A stretch of 62,893 nt of DNA, from the IMG/VR virus record IMGVR_UViG_3300007735_000776, positions 1 to 62,893 of that record; one strand, written 5' to 3'. The notes below the pieces were generated by a model, which worked only from the letters and a program-made list of their open reading frames with translations, made no database searches and was not told where the DNA came from. The position numbers were made by a program, and so were the translations under genes. Below are positions 36,822 through 47,547 of this stretch, in pieces. Positions within the stretch are counted from its first letter, which is position 1. The number at the start of each line of letters is the position of its first letter. The DNA is from a virus. Its lineage: Duplodnaviria > Caudoviricetes.

Positions 36822-37697
36822 TTAAGCGGGCACAAATTTGCGTGGGTTAATCTCACGGCCTTGCTTCTTATTCCCTGTGCGTGCGCGGCGTACCTTGTCC
36901 ATCATGGCATAGAGTTGTTTTGCGCCAGCATCGGTCGAACCATTGCCTAAGTGCGACACCACATCAGCAGGAACCACAAACTCACCGTCAGCAAGCCTAG
37001 CAGGTTGGCGGCGACCAATACGAGCAGGAATCGAATCCGACATGCCATCTCCGGGTCCTTTCAATAACCGACCTCCATCAGAGTAGCTACCAAGATCAGC
37101 TATACCGCCACTAGCCATCATAGTAACTGGAGAGCCAGTCAGTCTAGCTGTGCTACCAAGATCAATATCAGTAATCCCACCACCGTCGGCAAACGCGGGG
37201 CGATAAGTAGATGGGTTAAAACGGAAGCGCTTTAGCGGGCCGTCGTACTCATTAGACGGTGCTGAGAAGTCAGGCTGGTTGAACATCGTATTGGCAAGAC
37301 CCGCGCCAGACATTGCGGCCTGATTTGGGTTCTGAACAATGTAATTACCGAGTCGCTGCCCAAACTCAGGCCCCCCTTCCGTGGACTTAAAAATGTCCAT
37401 GAACCCGGTTTTTGGGACTACGTTTCCGGCTGTTGATCCAGCTAGAGCGAGGTCATCAGCAACATTAGCCCCTACATTAGCCCCTACATTAGCCCCTACA
37501 TTAGCCCCCGCGCTAGTTGCAGTAGCAGCTGTAGTTCCAGCCTGTGCGCCACCCAAAGCGCTACCAAGACCAGACGTAACCCCGCCACCAAGAGCACCAA
37601 ATAGCGCACCTTTGAGCGGATCACCTCCCGTTAGGGCTGACGTACCAGCGCCCGTTGCCGCGCCAATTAATAGCGCCTCGCCTACCCCTGTGCCCAT
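36822..37697 (-). CDS. Putative ejection/internal virion protein
   Basis: Gly/Ala-rich hydrophobic N-terminus; GPGDGMSDSIPA...LADGEFVVPA motif. Confidence 0.6.
   Translation of the reverse strand: MGTGVGEALLIGAATGAGTSALTGGDPLKGALFGALGGGVTSGLGSALGGAQAGTTAATATSAGANVGANVGANVGANVADDLALAGSTAGNVVPKTGFMDIFKSTEGGPEFGQRLGNYIVQNPNQAAMSGAGLANTMFNQPDFSAPSNEYDGPLKRFRFNPSTYRPAFADGGGITDIDLGSTARLTGSPVTMMASGGIADLGSYSDGGRLLKGPGDGMSDSIPARIGRRQPARLADGEFVVPADVVSHLGNGSTDAGAKQLYAMMDKVRRARTGNKKQGREINPRKFVPA
37462..37508. repeat. 12-bp tandem repeat ACATTAGCCCCT x~4 (encodes GANV x4)
   Basis: Seen directly. Confidence 0.85.
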
Positions 37698-37741
37698 AAG
37701 AGCCTCCTAAATTCGTAACTGGTCATATTATGTTTGATCTG

Positions 37742-38911
37742 TCAAGTGATTACAATGGTTGGAACGCCCACACGCCCATAGCCAGATACCCCGATTGGGG
37801 TGATTTGAGTTAGCGAATTTACTGGGGCAGATACATAAGCCACCGTGGTAATTACTGAAGGGGTGGCAGGAATAGCTGGTGTCGTTCCAGAAGCGGCAAC
37901 CGCAGCGAGTGCTTGAACTGTACACGCTGTATTGTAGGTATGCCACATGATCTCAATATAATCGTTACTTGCTAAATCGATAAAAAAGTTTAGCGCCCCG
38001 ATCAAGTGACCATCAATAGAACCATGCTTATTTGGCACCGAAAATTGACTGTTACTGTTAGCAATATCTGCCGTTGCGCTTAGAACACCGTTCTTCCTAA
38101 ACCAGACATCAATGTCGTGAATCTGGGAATCCGTGTTTACAAACTGAGCGCTGAATTGAATGTTGTATCTACCGGGATGGGTTACTACTAACTTTGAAGC
38201 CCTTGTCCCTGTGATCGTGGTACTAGCCACCGTTTGAGAGATACTAACTTGATAAGTTCCAGTACTTCCAGCCGTGCCGGTTATCTGTCTAACAATGTAG
38301 GTATTAGCCGATACCCCAGTCCCGGTAATTACCATGCCGGGCAAAATCGTTCCCGCACTTACCGCCGATACCGTTAGGGTTGTAGTTGCTATGGAGCCTG
38401 TAAATGTTGTCGTGTGGCTCCCTATACTTACCCCGTAACTATAATCGGTGGTGTCGTAAGTCAAAGCATAAGCTGTAGCAGTGTTACCGTCGGCCTGATT
38501 TATTGTGCTGGAGAACGCCCCGTGAGGGTAGTTAAGCTGGTACCCCGCCCCTGTAAACAAACTGGCGTTGACGTTGGAGCCTGTTAGATTATTGAAAACA
38601 CCATTACCGCCTTGAAAGTTGGCGGCTGTAACTGTATTGGCCTGAAGCTGCTGTATCGCGGCAAAAAGCGCTTCTAGGTTCGTGGTGTTTACATTTGTTG
38701 CGTTTACGTTAGTGGCTTCAACCGTGTTTGCATATACCGTATCAAAAGGCCCTGTGTAATTCAGGGTGCGAATGATCTCGCCAATCGCGTTATCGATTGT
38801 GTTGAAGTACAAGCGCAGGATATTAGAGAACTGATCCTGATACCTAGCCTCATACCCTACCGTAGCTATGGGCAGATTGGGTGCTTTTGATGGGATGAGT
38901 GTAGCCATCAA
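37742..38911 (-). CDS. Tail needle/fibre-like protein
   Basis: Follows the nozzle gene; N-terminal coiled coil, beta repeats, beta-sandwich C-terminus. Confidence 0.5.
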   Translation of the reverse strand: MMATLIPSKAPNLPIATVGYEARYQDQFSNILRLYFNTIDNAIGEIIRTLNYTGPFDTVYANTVEATNVNATNVNTTNLEALFAAIQQLQANTVTAANFQGGNGVFNNLTGSNVNASLFTGAGYQLNYPHGAFSSTINQADGNTATAYALTYDTTDYSYGVSIGSHTTTFTGSIATTTLTVSAVSAGTILPGMVITGTGVSANTYIVRQITGTAGSTGTYQVSISQTVASTTITGTRASKLVVTHPGRYNIQFSAQFVNTDSQIHDIDVWFRKNGVLSATADIANSNSQFSVPNKHGSIDGHLIGALNFFIDLASNDYIEIMWHTYNTACTVQALAAVAASGTTPAIPATPSVITTVAYVSAPVNSLTQITPIGVSGYGRVGVPTIVIT

Positions 38912-41016
38912 CGTCTGCCGTCAGGCTTAATATCAATTCGAGGAGCACCCAACTGCCATGTAGCCCCAAGCTGGCTGGACTCAACCTTGAACGCCATTTG
39001 CCGTCCACGAACACGGATATAGACGTACTGAGTAAATGCCTCGATTGGCACCGTAGCAGTCCGTGTCACCGTACCAGAATCTGAGCCCCCAACAGATGGT
39101 GGGTTGGTATAGCCAGAGCCGGAGTTCTTTAGTGGTATCAAAGTCATCGTGGCTTGCGGCGCATCGGCTGTTGACCCACGGAATGTAATGTCTGGCACGA
39201 TACGCCAGATAAACCCAAAGTTATGCCCGTCCTCAATGTCAAATTCAGAGGATGTTATGTAAGAATCCATAGCGACTGGCGTACCAGTGGTGTTATCGTC
39301 AAGCCCATTCTCGTGATACACCAACGTATTGTCGTACGAAGCTGCAAGTGGGTAGTCAAGGATACCGCTGTCTAGCCATGCAGTGCGCCCCATCGTGCCG
39401 TAGTACCAAATATCTTCGAGGTAGTTATATACGACATACTTATCAACGACGGGGGAATCGGCGGAGCAGTAGAACCACCAGACCTCGTTAAAGCCTTCAT
39501 TAGTGCCAGCAAATATCTGAACTGCTTGCGCTGTGTTGATATCGTTAAAGATGTACTGACGAAGATCACAACGTAGTGTCTGCACCCGACCATCGTATTT
39601 GTAAAACTTGTCTATACCCATCCAGTACACGACCCCGGAAGCAATTATTGCCGCATTTTGGCTTTGTATAGATATGTTGTCCCCAAGAAGCTGAGCGCTC
39701 CAAACATAAGGCGGTCCGAGATACTGTAGCGAGTAAACAGTACTATCGGTGAAAACTACAATTTCCTGCCGAGTCTGTAGTGCAGCAATGATTTCTGAGC
39801 CGTGCGATAGTGTAAGGCTACCTGCTTGTGTGGTAGCCGCTGGTGTCCAGTTAATTGCATCTTCTTGATCAGACCACCTGATTAACATCGGGTTCTGCGT
39901 AGTGCTGGTGTAGTCGTTGCACCCAAACGCAAATACAAACCGGAAGATGTCCGATACAAAGACAAAATTCTGCACAACAGGCACGTCACTCGCCCCGGCA
40001 AAGTCTGCCAAATTAACCCCGCGTGGGGAGATATATTGCACTCCTGACCCAGCACCGCTAGTATTTACCAGCGACCCAGTTGCTGTGGTAGAGACATTAA
40101 ACGTAGTAGAACTCCCAGCAACCACCGCATTACGAACGTAATAAGTTGTACCAGTTGTTAGCCCTGTAGGTAGTGCGCCCGAAGTTGCTAGTGTAATCGG
40201 TGTACCGTCGGAAAGAGATGTTGGTGCAGTAAATACAGCAGGGGATGCGACTGTAATCGTAACCGTTAAAGGCGTAGGTCCAATGTCAGCAACCCAATAA
40301 TAAATAGCGCCCCCACGAGGTCCGAACACTAAGTCCTGTCCGTAGTTACTTTGGCTCCATACACGTAAGGCATCGGCAGCAGATTGTCCAAATCCCCAAG
40401 TACCACTACCCCAACCACCTGCACCCCATCCCGTTAGAGGTATAGCTACAGAAGGGCCAGTATTAATCTGATACACAGCACGGACGGTAGCGCCACCATT
40501 ACCGGAATCTCCACCAGTAGCATTGACCCCTACGTTTATTGTGTACGTATTAGTGGTAAGTACGGTGACCTGATGCTCAGCATTTAGAATAGCCGCAGTA
40601 ATCGCACCGCCCAGACTAGCTGCACCGTTGTAAGTAACAAAGTCTCCTGTTATGCAACCGTGTGAGTTATCGGTAACTGTAATAACTGGTGAGCCATTAG
40701 ATGCAGCGAATGGACCATTTAATGTTTCCGCAGCGCGGATTGGTGTGATGTCGTTATAAGCACCGCCTTGGCTGATATAGAATTTAAGGCTTGTACCTAC
40801 CCCAACTAGGGTGACGAACTGCAACGTGACCCATGCCCAAAGTGACCGGCACACTCCTAGAAACGTGTTTACGCTTAATGGCGTCCAACCGCCAATCTTC
40901 TCTGGCGTGCCTTGACGGAACCTGATCTTGTCGCAGTCGTAGTAGCCTCCCTCGGTGGTATACCGAGTGTTCTCGCGGTTGACGCCCGGACGGAAGAGTA
41001 GTTTTTTGAGAGGCAT
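38908..41016 (-). CDS. Tail nozzle / P22 gp10-like head-closure protein
   Basis: Beta-propeller-like [15 protein letters not shown] and GRTAW motifs; IKPDGRR C-terminus. Confidence 0.7.
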   Translation of the reverse strand: MPLKKLLFRPGVNRENTRYTTEGGYYDCDKIRFRQGTPEKIGGWTPLSVNTFLGVCRSLWAWVTLQFVTLVGVGTSLKFYISQGGAYNDITPIRAAETLNGPFAASNGSPVITVTDNSHGCITGDFVTYNGAASLGGAITAAILNAEHQVTVLTTNTYTINVGVNATGGDSGNGGATVRAVYQINTGPSVAIPLTGWGAGGWGSGTWGFGQSAADALRVWSQSNYGQDLVFGPRGGAIYYWVADIGPTPLTVTITVASPAVFTAPTSLSDGTPITLATSGALPTGLTTGTTYYVRNAVVAGSSTTFNVSTTATGSLVNTSGAGSGVQYISPRGVNLADFAGASDVPVVQNFVFVSDIFRFVFAFGCNDYTSTTQNPMLIRWSDQEDAINWTPAATTQAGSLTLSHGSEIIAALQTRQEIVVFTDSTVYSLQYLGPPYVWSAQLLGDNISIQSQNAAIIASGVVYWMGIDKFYKYDGRVQTLRCDLRQYIFNDINTAQAVQIFAGTNEGFNEVWWFYCSADSPVVDKYVVYNYLEDIWYYGTMGRTAWLDSGILDYPLAASYDNTLVYHENGLDDNTTGTPVAMDSYITSSEFDIEDGHNFGFIWRIVPDITFRGSTADAPQATMTLIPLKNSGSGYTNPPSVGGSDSGTVTRTATVPIEAFTQYVYIRVRGRQMAFKVESSQLGATWQLGAPRIDIKPDGRR

Positions 41017-41496
41017 TTACGCACCCATAAATAATGCACGTTCGTCGTTACGCCTATTTACTAAGCCCCTGAGAATTTTTCCTCCGGCTTTTGTGTACTT
41101 TAATAACTCATCAGCCGCGCCCGTATAGTCCCCCCTGTTGAACTTTTGGCGCAAGGTGCTACGTTGCAGCGTCCCTAATCCTACGTTAAAGCTAAAGCTG
41201 ACCAAAGCGTCGAGCCAACCTTGACGATAGCCAGCAGCAGGACAAAATCTAAGTACCCCGCGCTCAAACCTCTCAAGGTCTTTTGCAAGTATGGCATCGA
41301 CTTCTTCCATAGTAAACGCCCGATCCCAGCCGGGTGGGCAAGGCAGACTTGCGCGTTGCTCAATAGGCACCTTGGCATGATTTGGGTCAATCACATGGCC
41401 TACACCAATCGTCCACAACTTAGCCGGACACCGGTACGGTCTCAATCTCACACCCTCATGGTGCCGGATCATGACCAGTGCCTTTTTGCTAATCAT
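41017..41496 (-). CDS. Endolysin, GH24 (phage lysozyme)
   Basis: HEG...PY.C.A..WTIG.GH; ALVSF.FN.G; GLVNRR..E. Confidence 0.93.
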   Translation of the reverse strand: MISKKALVMIRHHEGVRLRPYRCPAKLWTIGVGHVIDPNHAKVPIEQRASLPCPPGWDRAFTMEEVDAILAKDLERFERGVLRFCPAAGYRQGWLDALVSFSFNVGLGTLQRSTLRQKFNRGDYTGAADELLKYTKAGGKILRGLVNRRNDERALFMGA

Positions 41497-42008
41497 TTGC
41501 CAAATGCCCGACCGCCAAAATGAAAAGCAATTATTGAAGCGAACAAGGCTTGAGTCTCGTCATCCCACAGTTGATTTGCCAGCGTTGAGAAGTCAACGTC
41601 AGACACAAACCCCTTGTAAGCCAAGGTCGCGTCAATGCCCACCAGCAGCAGGAAGAATCCATAAGTAATCACAGGCCGCACAGATGCCCTGAAGTCTTTC
41701 ATCCAGCGAGACGTACCTTCGTTCAGGCTCATATCATGGGCGTAAATAGCATTCATCTCGGCTTGCTGAGCGCTAATCAAAGCCACCTTCTCATCGGATG
41801 CGGTCTGAGTTTTTATCTCATCAAGTTTGATGGCCTCAATCTGCTGTTGAGCGGCAAACCCTGCCGCAGCTAGTTGCAACTCTCGTTCGATCTGAAGCCT
41901 AGCCAAATTCAACTCATGGCTTTTGTCTTGCCGATCTTGAAAGAAATCAAGAATCTTGGGCAAACCGCCCATCAGGAAAGAAATAAAGGTAGAAAGTAGT
42001 GTCAGCAT
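41493..42008 (-). CDS. Probable holin
   Basis: VRPVITY followed by two TM segments and F.FG.R; adjacent to the endolysin. Confidence 0.6.
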   Translation of the reverse strand: MLTLLSTFISFLMGGLPKILDFFQDRQDKSHELNLARLQIERELQLAAAGFAAQQQIEAIKLDEIKTQTASDEKVALISAQQAEMNAIYAHDMSLNEGTSRWMKDFRASVRPVITYGFFLLLVGIDATLAYKGFVSDVDFSTLANQLWDDETQALFASIIAFHFGGRAFGK

Positions 42009-42268
42009 TATCTCTTCGCCCTTTCTTCCATCAGCTTGATACGCACTTGCAGGTCGTGCAAGTCTTTGTATATCTCTTCCTTCATCGCGTGGCGACGCTC
42101 GGCAGATATGGGACTGTCGGTAGGAGTGCCTTGCGGCGTGATCAAGGCAGGCATCTGACCCTCAATCTTGGTCAGGCGCGTATTAAACGAACCCACTTCA
42201 CCCAAAAGCCAAGCAAGACTGGCTACCACTATCGGGATAATTGCTTTAAGCGCGTCTGCCCAGCTCAT
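42008..42268 (-). CDS. Membrane protein of the lysis cluster
   Basis: N-terminal TM plus coiled coil. Confidence 0.55.
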   Translation of the reverse strand: MSWADALKAIIPIVVASLAWLLGEVGSFNTRLTKIEGQMPALITPQGTPTDSPISAERRHAMKEEIYKDLHDLQVRIKLMEERAKR

Positions 42269-42282
42269 GATTACCCCTTACT

Positions 42283-42726
42283 TTAGACTGGCTGAGTAGG
42301 CCACGCTACATCCCAAGGGAACCCTGACTGCGTCGGCACATCACGCAAAGCCTGACGGTAGGTAGCCCAAGCAGCTTTGTCCACAGGCGAATCTTCTACT
42401 TGCGTCCAGTCTGATTCTGCCAGCCTGCGGCTACGCTCTGAACGTATAGAAGCAGCCTGCTGCTCATCCAAAGCGGCCTTGGCTTCATCGCCCATGTCGG
42501 CTACGGCAAACTTGGTGTACCACTTGCCATCTACCTGCTCTACGCCATCACGGTAAGCAACTTGGTAGCGAGTCGGCTGCGCTTGTGGCCCGTTAAAAAC
42601 AGGATCAGCACCAAACGCATCTAAGATTTCCTCGACCAATACTTGAGGAAAACCGGTGTTTGGGTGCATTGCGCGGAACTCACTACTTGTTACTACCGCG
42701 CCAGTCTCTCGTATTCTGATTTCCAT
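42283..42726 (-). CDS. Tail fibre assembly chaperone
   Basis: R...L.ESDWTQ..D....W..YRQALRD.P...GFP....WP motif. Confidence 0.8.
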   Translation of the reverse strand: MEIRIRETGAVVTSSEFRAMHPNTGFPQVLVEEILDAFGADPVFNGPQAQPTRYQVAYRDGVEQVDGKWYTKFAVADMGDEAKAALDEQQAASIRSERSRRLAESDWTQVEDSPVDKAAWATYRQALRDVPTQSGFPWDVAWPTQPV

Positions 42727-42733
42727 GATTACC

Positions 42734-44641
42734 TCAAGCTATTGCTAAGAAAATGTATGTACCACCGTTAGCATTCAATCCTGCTGGTGCCGCTGCTGTG
42801 ACTTGGAACCCAACAGATGTTGTGTCTACATAGTTGGTATTTGTTACTTGAGCGACTGCGGTATTAAAGAAAAAGTATGGATCATTACTGCTTGTAATTC
42901 CCCGTGCGCTGTCGTATACCCACCAATCACCCGTTGAATCAGTACGCTTAATAAAAACAAATCTAGCGCCAGACGCGAAGCCGCAGTTGATGGTTTGCAA
43001 TGCGCCAGTTCCTGTATAGCTTCCTACTTTTGATACGCCGGGACAAGAAGCAAATAGATAAGCGACATAAGTTCCACCACTTCCATTTACTGCCGTGCTT
43101 GTCCCCACTGTAAATACTGAACTTGTTGGCGATGTGTTGTTCCATGAGCCTGATGATGTTGTAGGAACAGCATCATTATTTAATACCAGAAATCCTGTGT
43201 TGCCTGTAGTCGGCGTATAAACAGTCCAAGATGCGGCAGTGTCTCGGCGTTTAACAATCATCATCTCAGGAACAACAGTCAAATTATGACTAACTGTCCT
43301 GTTTGCCCCCGTACCCGTATAGCACACCACATCAAAGAAACCGGGAGCGCGGTCAAGCAAATAGAAAGCCATAGCGCTACTTGATATTCCCTGACTCGCA
43401 AATTGACTGGAGTTGAATTCTAATGCGGTTGATAAATTCTGTTCTTGAGTAGCAGCAGAAGAAACTATATACGCACCATTACCACGCAAACGATCAAAAA
43501 AAGCTGAGTTCCAATCAAAATTTTGCGATCCGGTTAGTCTGGATATTACGGTGTCTGGAGCAGACAAAGAAGTTAATGAACCAGTTGCCGTAGTCGTTTG
43601 CACACCAAAAACACTCGTACCACTCGTCGGTGTTTTCATCGGGCCGCGACGGATGGCGATGTAGATGTAGGTTCCTGCGGACACAGAAAACTGACCAGCA
43701 GGCCAAGTAAATCCAGTTGCTGTTTTTTGAATAGTAAAGTCGGCTTCAGCGTTAGAAAGATTAGGGCGCAATACTCTCGACGTAACACTATTGTTTCCAG
43801 CCAAGAATCCGCGCATGTCATCTAGCAGATTCCATTGTCCAGTGGTATTGCTCTGCTTAACCAAAACCCATTGTGGCTCATAACCAAGCGATACAGCGAC
43901 ATCAGCCGCACTCGACTGCGTAAACGACCCACAGCTAATCACATTGTCCGCACCAGTAGCACCAAAACCACCTGCGTCGTGGGCGAATAGGTAAGCTACG
44001 TAAGTGCCACCATTGGCATTGACCCATGCATCAGTGCCCACCTGAAAATAAGTGTTAGTTGGGGCGGCGTTATAAACGGTTGTGTCGTTAAATGATTGGT
44101 TTGTGCTGTTTAATGTTATGTAACTTGTTGTCGTAGACAAAGAGCGATGCCAGCAAGCCCAATCGCTAGTTGTGTCTGTGCGTTTAATAATGATAAACCC
44201 CGGCGTAGAACCAAGATTGTGAGAAATCTGCCTACCGGAAACACCATTCCCCGTATAAGTCACCACATCAAAGAACTTAGCTTGCTCGCGGAATGTCCAT
44301 GAAACGTAGGTGTTGCCGTTGGTATTAGTTCTAACCCCACCACCAGATGCGGTCAGGCCAAAACCATTGGAATTTGCGGATGTAACTCCACCGCCAGATT
44401 GTTGCGAAAGTGTCGACTCACTAACAAGATAATTCGTTATGCCAGTTGCAGTGTCAGAAAGATGATGCCCAGTTGCGTTGCTACGACTTTTAATCCACAC
44501 CAGCCCACCCTTGCCAGCCAGATCAATCCCGTTCGTGATCGTCTGTGTAGAGCCGTTACCCGTATAGAGATACGTACTGAACACTTCCTCTATGTAGTTC
44601 GCAGCACTAACAGCAGCAGATTTTCCAGCAGCAGTAAACAT
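42734..44641 (-). CDS. Tail fibre / receptor-binding protein with internal duplication
   Basis: Repeated FFDVV.YTG.G....I.HNL...P...I.KR.D...W and N.NGGTY.AYLFA modules. Confidence 0.7.
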   Translation of the reverse strand: MFTAAGKSAAVSAANYIEEVFSTYLYTGNGSTQTITNGIDLAGKGGLVWIKSRSNATGHHLSDTATGITNYLVSESTLSQQSGGGVTSANSNGFGLTASGGGVRTNTNGNTYVSWTFREQAKFFDVVTYTGNGVSGRQISHNLGSTPGFIIIKRTDTTSDWACWHRSLSTTTSYITLNSTNQSFNDTTVYNAAPTNTYFQVGTDAWVNANGGTYVAYLFAHDAGGFGATGADNVISCGSFTQSSAADVAVSLGYEPQWVLVKQSNTTGQWNLLDDMRGFLAGNNSVTSRVLRPNLSNAEADFTIQKTATGFTWPAGQFSVSAGTYIYIAIRRGPMKTPTSGTSVFGVQTTTATGSLTSLSAPDTVISRLTGSQNFDWNSAFFDRLRGNGAYIVSSAATQEQNLSTALEFNSSQFASQGISSSAMAFYLLDRAPGFFDVVCYTGTGANRTVSHNLTVVPEMMIVKRRDTAASWTVYTPTTGNTGFLVLNNDAVPTTSSGSWNNTSPTSSVFTVGTSTAVNGSGGTYVAYLFASCPGVSKVGSYTGTGALQTINCGFASGARFVFIKRTDSTGDWWVYDSARGITSSNDPYFFFNTAVAQVTNTNYVDTTSVGFQVTAAAPAGLNANGGTYIFLAIA

Positions 44642-44649
44642 ATTAGCCC

Positions 44650-45147
44650 TTACGGTGTGTAATTCTGGCCCACAGTGGTGCCGTACCAGTTAGTGCCGTC
44701 ACTGTAGAACGAATAGATGTCCATGCGGCTTGCCGTAGTAGTTACAGTGGGAGCCGTTCCGCTAGGCCATTTCACTGTTGACCATGTCACCGTATAACTG
44801 CCTGCACCTGAACGCAGCAACAAGAGGAATGACTTACCAGCAGTGGCTGTCGGCATCGTAATCGTTGCAGAGCCAGTCAACGTGATGTCTTGCATCGTGC
44901 CGTTGGCGAGGTTCAGCGTGATTGCGGTACTAGAGTTCGCTGTAAAGCGCGTCTCTGTGTAGTTCGTAACCGTCGGGTTGGTTAGCGTGGAACCAGAAGG
45001 CAGCGGCACTGCGCTGGCAAACGTCACACCAGAATTAGTTACCGTAAGCTGAGTAACCCCAGCGCCCTGCAAGGCAAGCTGACCAGAAGCATCCGCTGTG
45101 ACTACCGCGCCGCCAACTACTGTGTCTGCATTAATATTGACAGCCAT
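44650..45147 (-). CDS. Tail fibre module protein
   Basis: VKWPSGTAPT.T....D.Y.F..DGTNWYG. Confidence 0.65.
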   Translation of the reverse strand: MAVNINADTVVGGAVVTADASGQLALQGAGVTQLTVTNSGVTFASAVPLPSGSTLTNPTVTNYTETRFTANSSTAITLNLANGTMQDITLTGSATITMPTATAGKSFLLLLRSGAGSYTVTWSTVKWPSGTAPTVTTTASRMDIYSFYSDGTNWYGTTVGQNYTP

Positions 45148-45150
45148 GAT

Positions 45151-45327
45151 TTACTCCAGTGCTTGAATTTGTGCTTGAAGGGCTTGTAGCTGGGCAAGCA
45201 GTTGTTCTTTTGTTGGTGCGGGTGTTGACTGAACTTGCTGTGCGGCTGCTTCCATAGCGTCCCATTGCGCCTCTTCTTCAGAGGTGAAAGGAATGTGGCC
45301 CTCGGGAGTTTGTTTGTAACGTGCCAT
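45151..45327 (-). CDS. Small fibre-associated protein (58 aa)
   Basis: My translation MARYKQTPEGHIPFTSEEEAQW...PTKEQLLAQLQALQAQIQALE. Confidence 0.6.
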   Translation of the reverse strand: MARYKQTPEGHIPFTSEEEAQWDAMEAAAQQVQSTPAPTKEQLLAQLQALQAQIQALE

Positions 45328-45336
45328 ATTAACCTC

Positions 45337-46011
45337 TTACGATTTTTGAATGCCGTAAAGACGAAAGGTGCCGGAAGTAAACGTCCCAGTATTTGGGTAA
45401 AACCGCAAACCTGTAATTGCAGCGGCTGTGCCTTGAGTTCCGCCACCCCACCCAATCGTATTGTCTGTTCCTGTTGCGGATGCCCCGATTGCTGAAGAGT
45501 TGACGTAAAACCCTTGGGCGTGTGCCGTAGTTGAGTTTGCATTAAGCATATACAGCGTGCCGAAACGTCTGTTTGTAGAAAGCGCCGTAAACGTCAAACG
45601 TATTTGGGTATCTCCAATGCCTCCGGTAGCGCCAGTGGTACCGTTAAACACTGAATAAGTGTAGTATTGAGAGTAATCGGTTGTTTGAAAAGCCGCCGAT
45701 TTATATACGTTTAAAAACAAGCTCGCATTTGCGCTAAATGCTACATTCTCAAACAAAATTAAGTAGTCATCATATGTAGAACTGATGCCGCTTGTGATGT
45801 CCACAGTTGAAGGAGTGCCAGAAACCGTGGTAACAGAGATAAACGTCATCGCACTAGCGGCTGGAGCCGCCACCCAACTCGGCGCACTTGCCCCATTGCT
45901 CTGCAATATCTGCCCGCTCGTTCCTGCCGCAGTAGATACGTAGTTTGTGCCGTCACCATAGACGACACCTCCAGCGGTGGGTGTGTTATTTCCTACTATG
46001 GTTACCGGCAT
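45337..46011 (-). CDS. Tail fibre module protein
   Basis: GTSGQ.L.SNG..APSW linker; GTFRLYG C-terminus. Confidence 0.65.
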   Translation of the reverse strand: MPVTIVGNNTPTAGGVVYGDGTNYVSTAAGTSGQILQSNGASAPSWVAAPAASAMTFISVTTVSGTPSTVDITSGISSTYDDYLILFENVAFSANASLFLNVYKSAAFQTTDYSQYYTYSVFNGTTGATGGIGDTQIRLTFTALSTNRRFGTLYMLNANSTTAHAQGFYVNSSAIGASATGTDNTIGWGGGTQGTAAAITGLRFYPNTGTFTSGTFRLYGIQKS

Positions 46012-46051
46012 GATTTACTCCATTAAAGTTCAAAACATTAGTTTTATATTA

Positions 46052-46891
46052 CTACCACGACCATATAAATACAGCACCATCACCACCAGCCCCACCAACT
46101 CCAAAGCCGGTTGATCCAGCTGCCCCACCGCCACCGCCGCAACCGATTCCACCTTTACCGCCTGTAAGTCCGGGGCCGCTTGTAGAACTTGATGCAGCAC
46201 CAGAGCCGCCAGCACCCAACATGATTGGCTGGGTAATAAAAAATCCGTCTCTACCGTTAAGCCCTCCGGGTACAGCAACAGAACCCGGCAATACTGGATA
46301 GCCGTAAGCCGGAGTAACCGATCCTGATCCAACAGCAGTTCTCCCGCCACCAGCGCCACCGGTCAGAAATATTGTGGCGCTTGCCGTTACAGATGTGCCT
46401 GCATTACCGCCAGCCTGACCCCCTACCGATTTATAAATTCCAGCGGCGCCAAAAGGAGTGTTTGCATCTGCTGTGCCAGCTGCGCCACCCGCTGTTCCAA
46501 ACCCAGTACCTTGCCCCGGATTACCTCCGGTAGCAGTTAATAATGTGTATCCAGTGCCATTTTTAGCCTGATAAATAACGGTTGTATTTCCTCCAGCGGA
46601 ACCATTTGCACCAGAAGTTGCGCCACCAGCGCCACTAAGACCTACCGATATTCGCAGCACATCAGGAATGAAAATAGCTGGCCCAATCCATTGGGTAACA
46701 TTGCCAGAAGCCCCACCCCCAGTAGCAGCGCCAGTAGTATTCGCCGAACCCCCGCCACCGCCAGCGCCGATCAATAGTATTCTGACCATCGACGCACCGC
46801 GAGGCTTCACCCAGTCGCGTACAGTGCCGCCACCGTAAAATTCTTGGTAGTTAGCTGTTTGTGGAGAAGCAAAATTGAATACGTCTAGCAT
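46052..46891 (-). CDS. Glycine-rich virion protein, paralog 3
   Basis: WVKP.GA..V...LIG.GG.G ... GGIGCG ... C-terminal W. Confidence 0.7.
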   Translation of the reverse strand: MLDVFNFASPQTANYQEFYGGGTVRDWVKPRGASMVRILLIGAGGGGGSANTTGAATGGGASGNVTQWIGPAIFIPDVLRISVGLSGAGGATSGANGSAGGNTTVIYQAKNGTGYTLLTATGGNPGQGTGFGTAGGAAGTADANTPFGAAGIYKSVGGQAGGNAGTSVTASATIFLTGGAGGGRTAVGSGSVTPAYGYPVLPGSVAVPGGLNGRDGFFITQPIMLGAGGSGAASSSTSGPGLTGGKGGIGCGGGGGAAGSTGFGVGGAGGDGAVFIWSW

Positions 46892-46895
46892 CGCG

Positions 46896-47546
46896 TCACC
46901 ATGTAATTATTACTGCAAGGCCGGGGCCACCAGTAGCTCCCGGAGGAACAGCCGTAGCATCAGAACCACAACCTATGCCGCCCTTACTCCCGCTGCCATT
47001 AGCCCCACCAACACCGACAATAATTGGTTGCATTTGAAAAAATCCTGACCCCGGTCCGCGTGAATAACCATAGTTTGCTGTAATCGTTCCAACGCCACCG
47101 GAACCATTGCCGCCGGACAAAAAAGTTGTAGCTGAAGCGGTCTGATCAACAGTAGAACCAGATTGACCTGCAATTGATTGAAAAAACCCCATGCAAGAAA
47201 AATAATTAGAAGTAGAAGCTATTCCTCCAGTTGTTGTACTAGCAGCATTTGCCGTTAACAATGTGTATCCGGTTCCATCTTTTTGCTGATAAACAACTGT
47301 TGTATTTACGGAATCACCGGTTGAAACATTAACCCGCAAAACATCAGGAATTAAAAAAGCTGGAACCATACAATTAGTTACTGCGCCAGACCCTCCTCCG
47401 GTTGTGCTGCCATTTCCGTTTCCACCGCCACCAATTAACGTAAACCAGACAAACGAAGCACCTTGGGGCTTAACCCAATCTTGCGTTCTGTACAGCATTT
47501 GAACATTTGCGCCCTGCGGCGTTGGGTAATTTATTGGGTAGCTCAT
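46896..47546 (-). CDS. Glycine-rich virion protein, paralog 2
   Basis: Same motif set as its neighbours. Confidence 0.7.
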   Translation of the reverse strand: MSYPINYPTPQGANVQMLYRTQDWVKPQGASFVWFTLIGGGGNGNGSTTGGGSGAVTNCMVPAFLIPDVLRVNVSTGDSVNTTVVYQQKDGTGYTLLTANAASTTTGGIASTSNYFSCMGFFQSIAGQSGSTVDQTASATTFLSGGNGSGGVGTITANYGYSRGPGSGFFQMQPIIVGVGGANGSGSKGGIGCGSDATAVPPGATGGPGLAVIITW

Positions 47547-47547
47547 A

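Noticed and set aside
37715-37745. TTGACA on the - strand as a promoter for the ejection genes
   Set aside because: There is no acceptable -10 at 16-18 nt spacing; TTGACA overlaps a stop codon.
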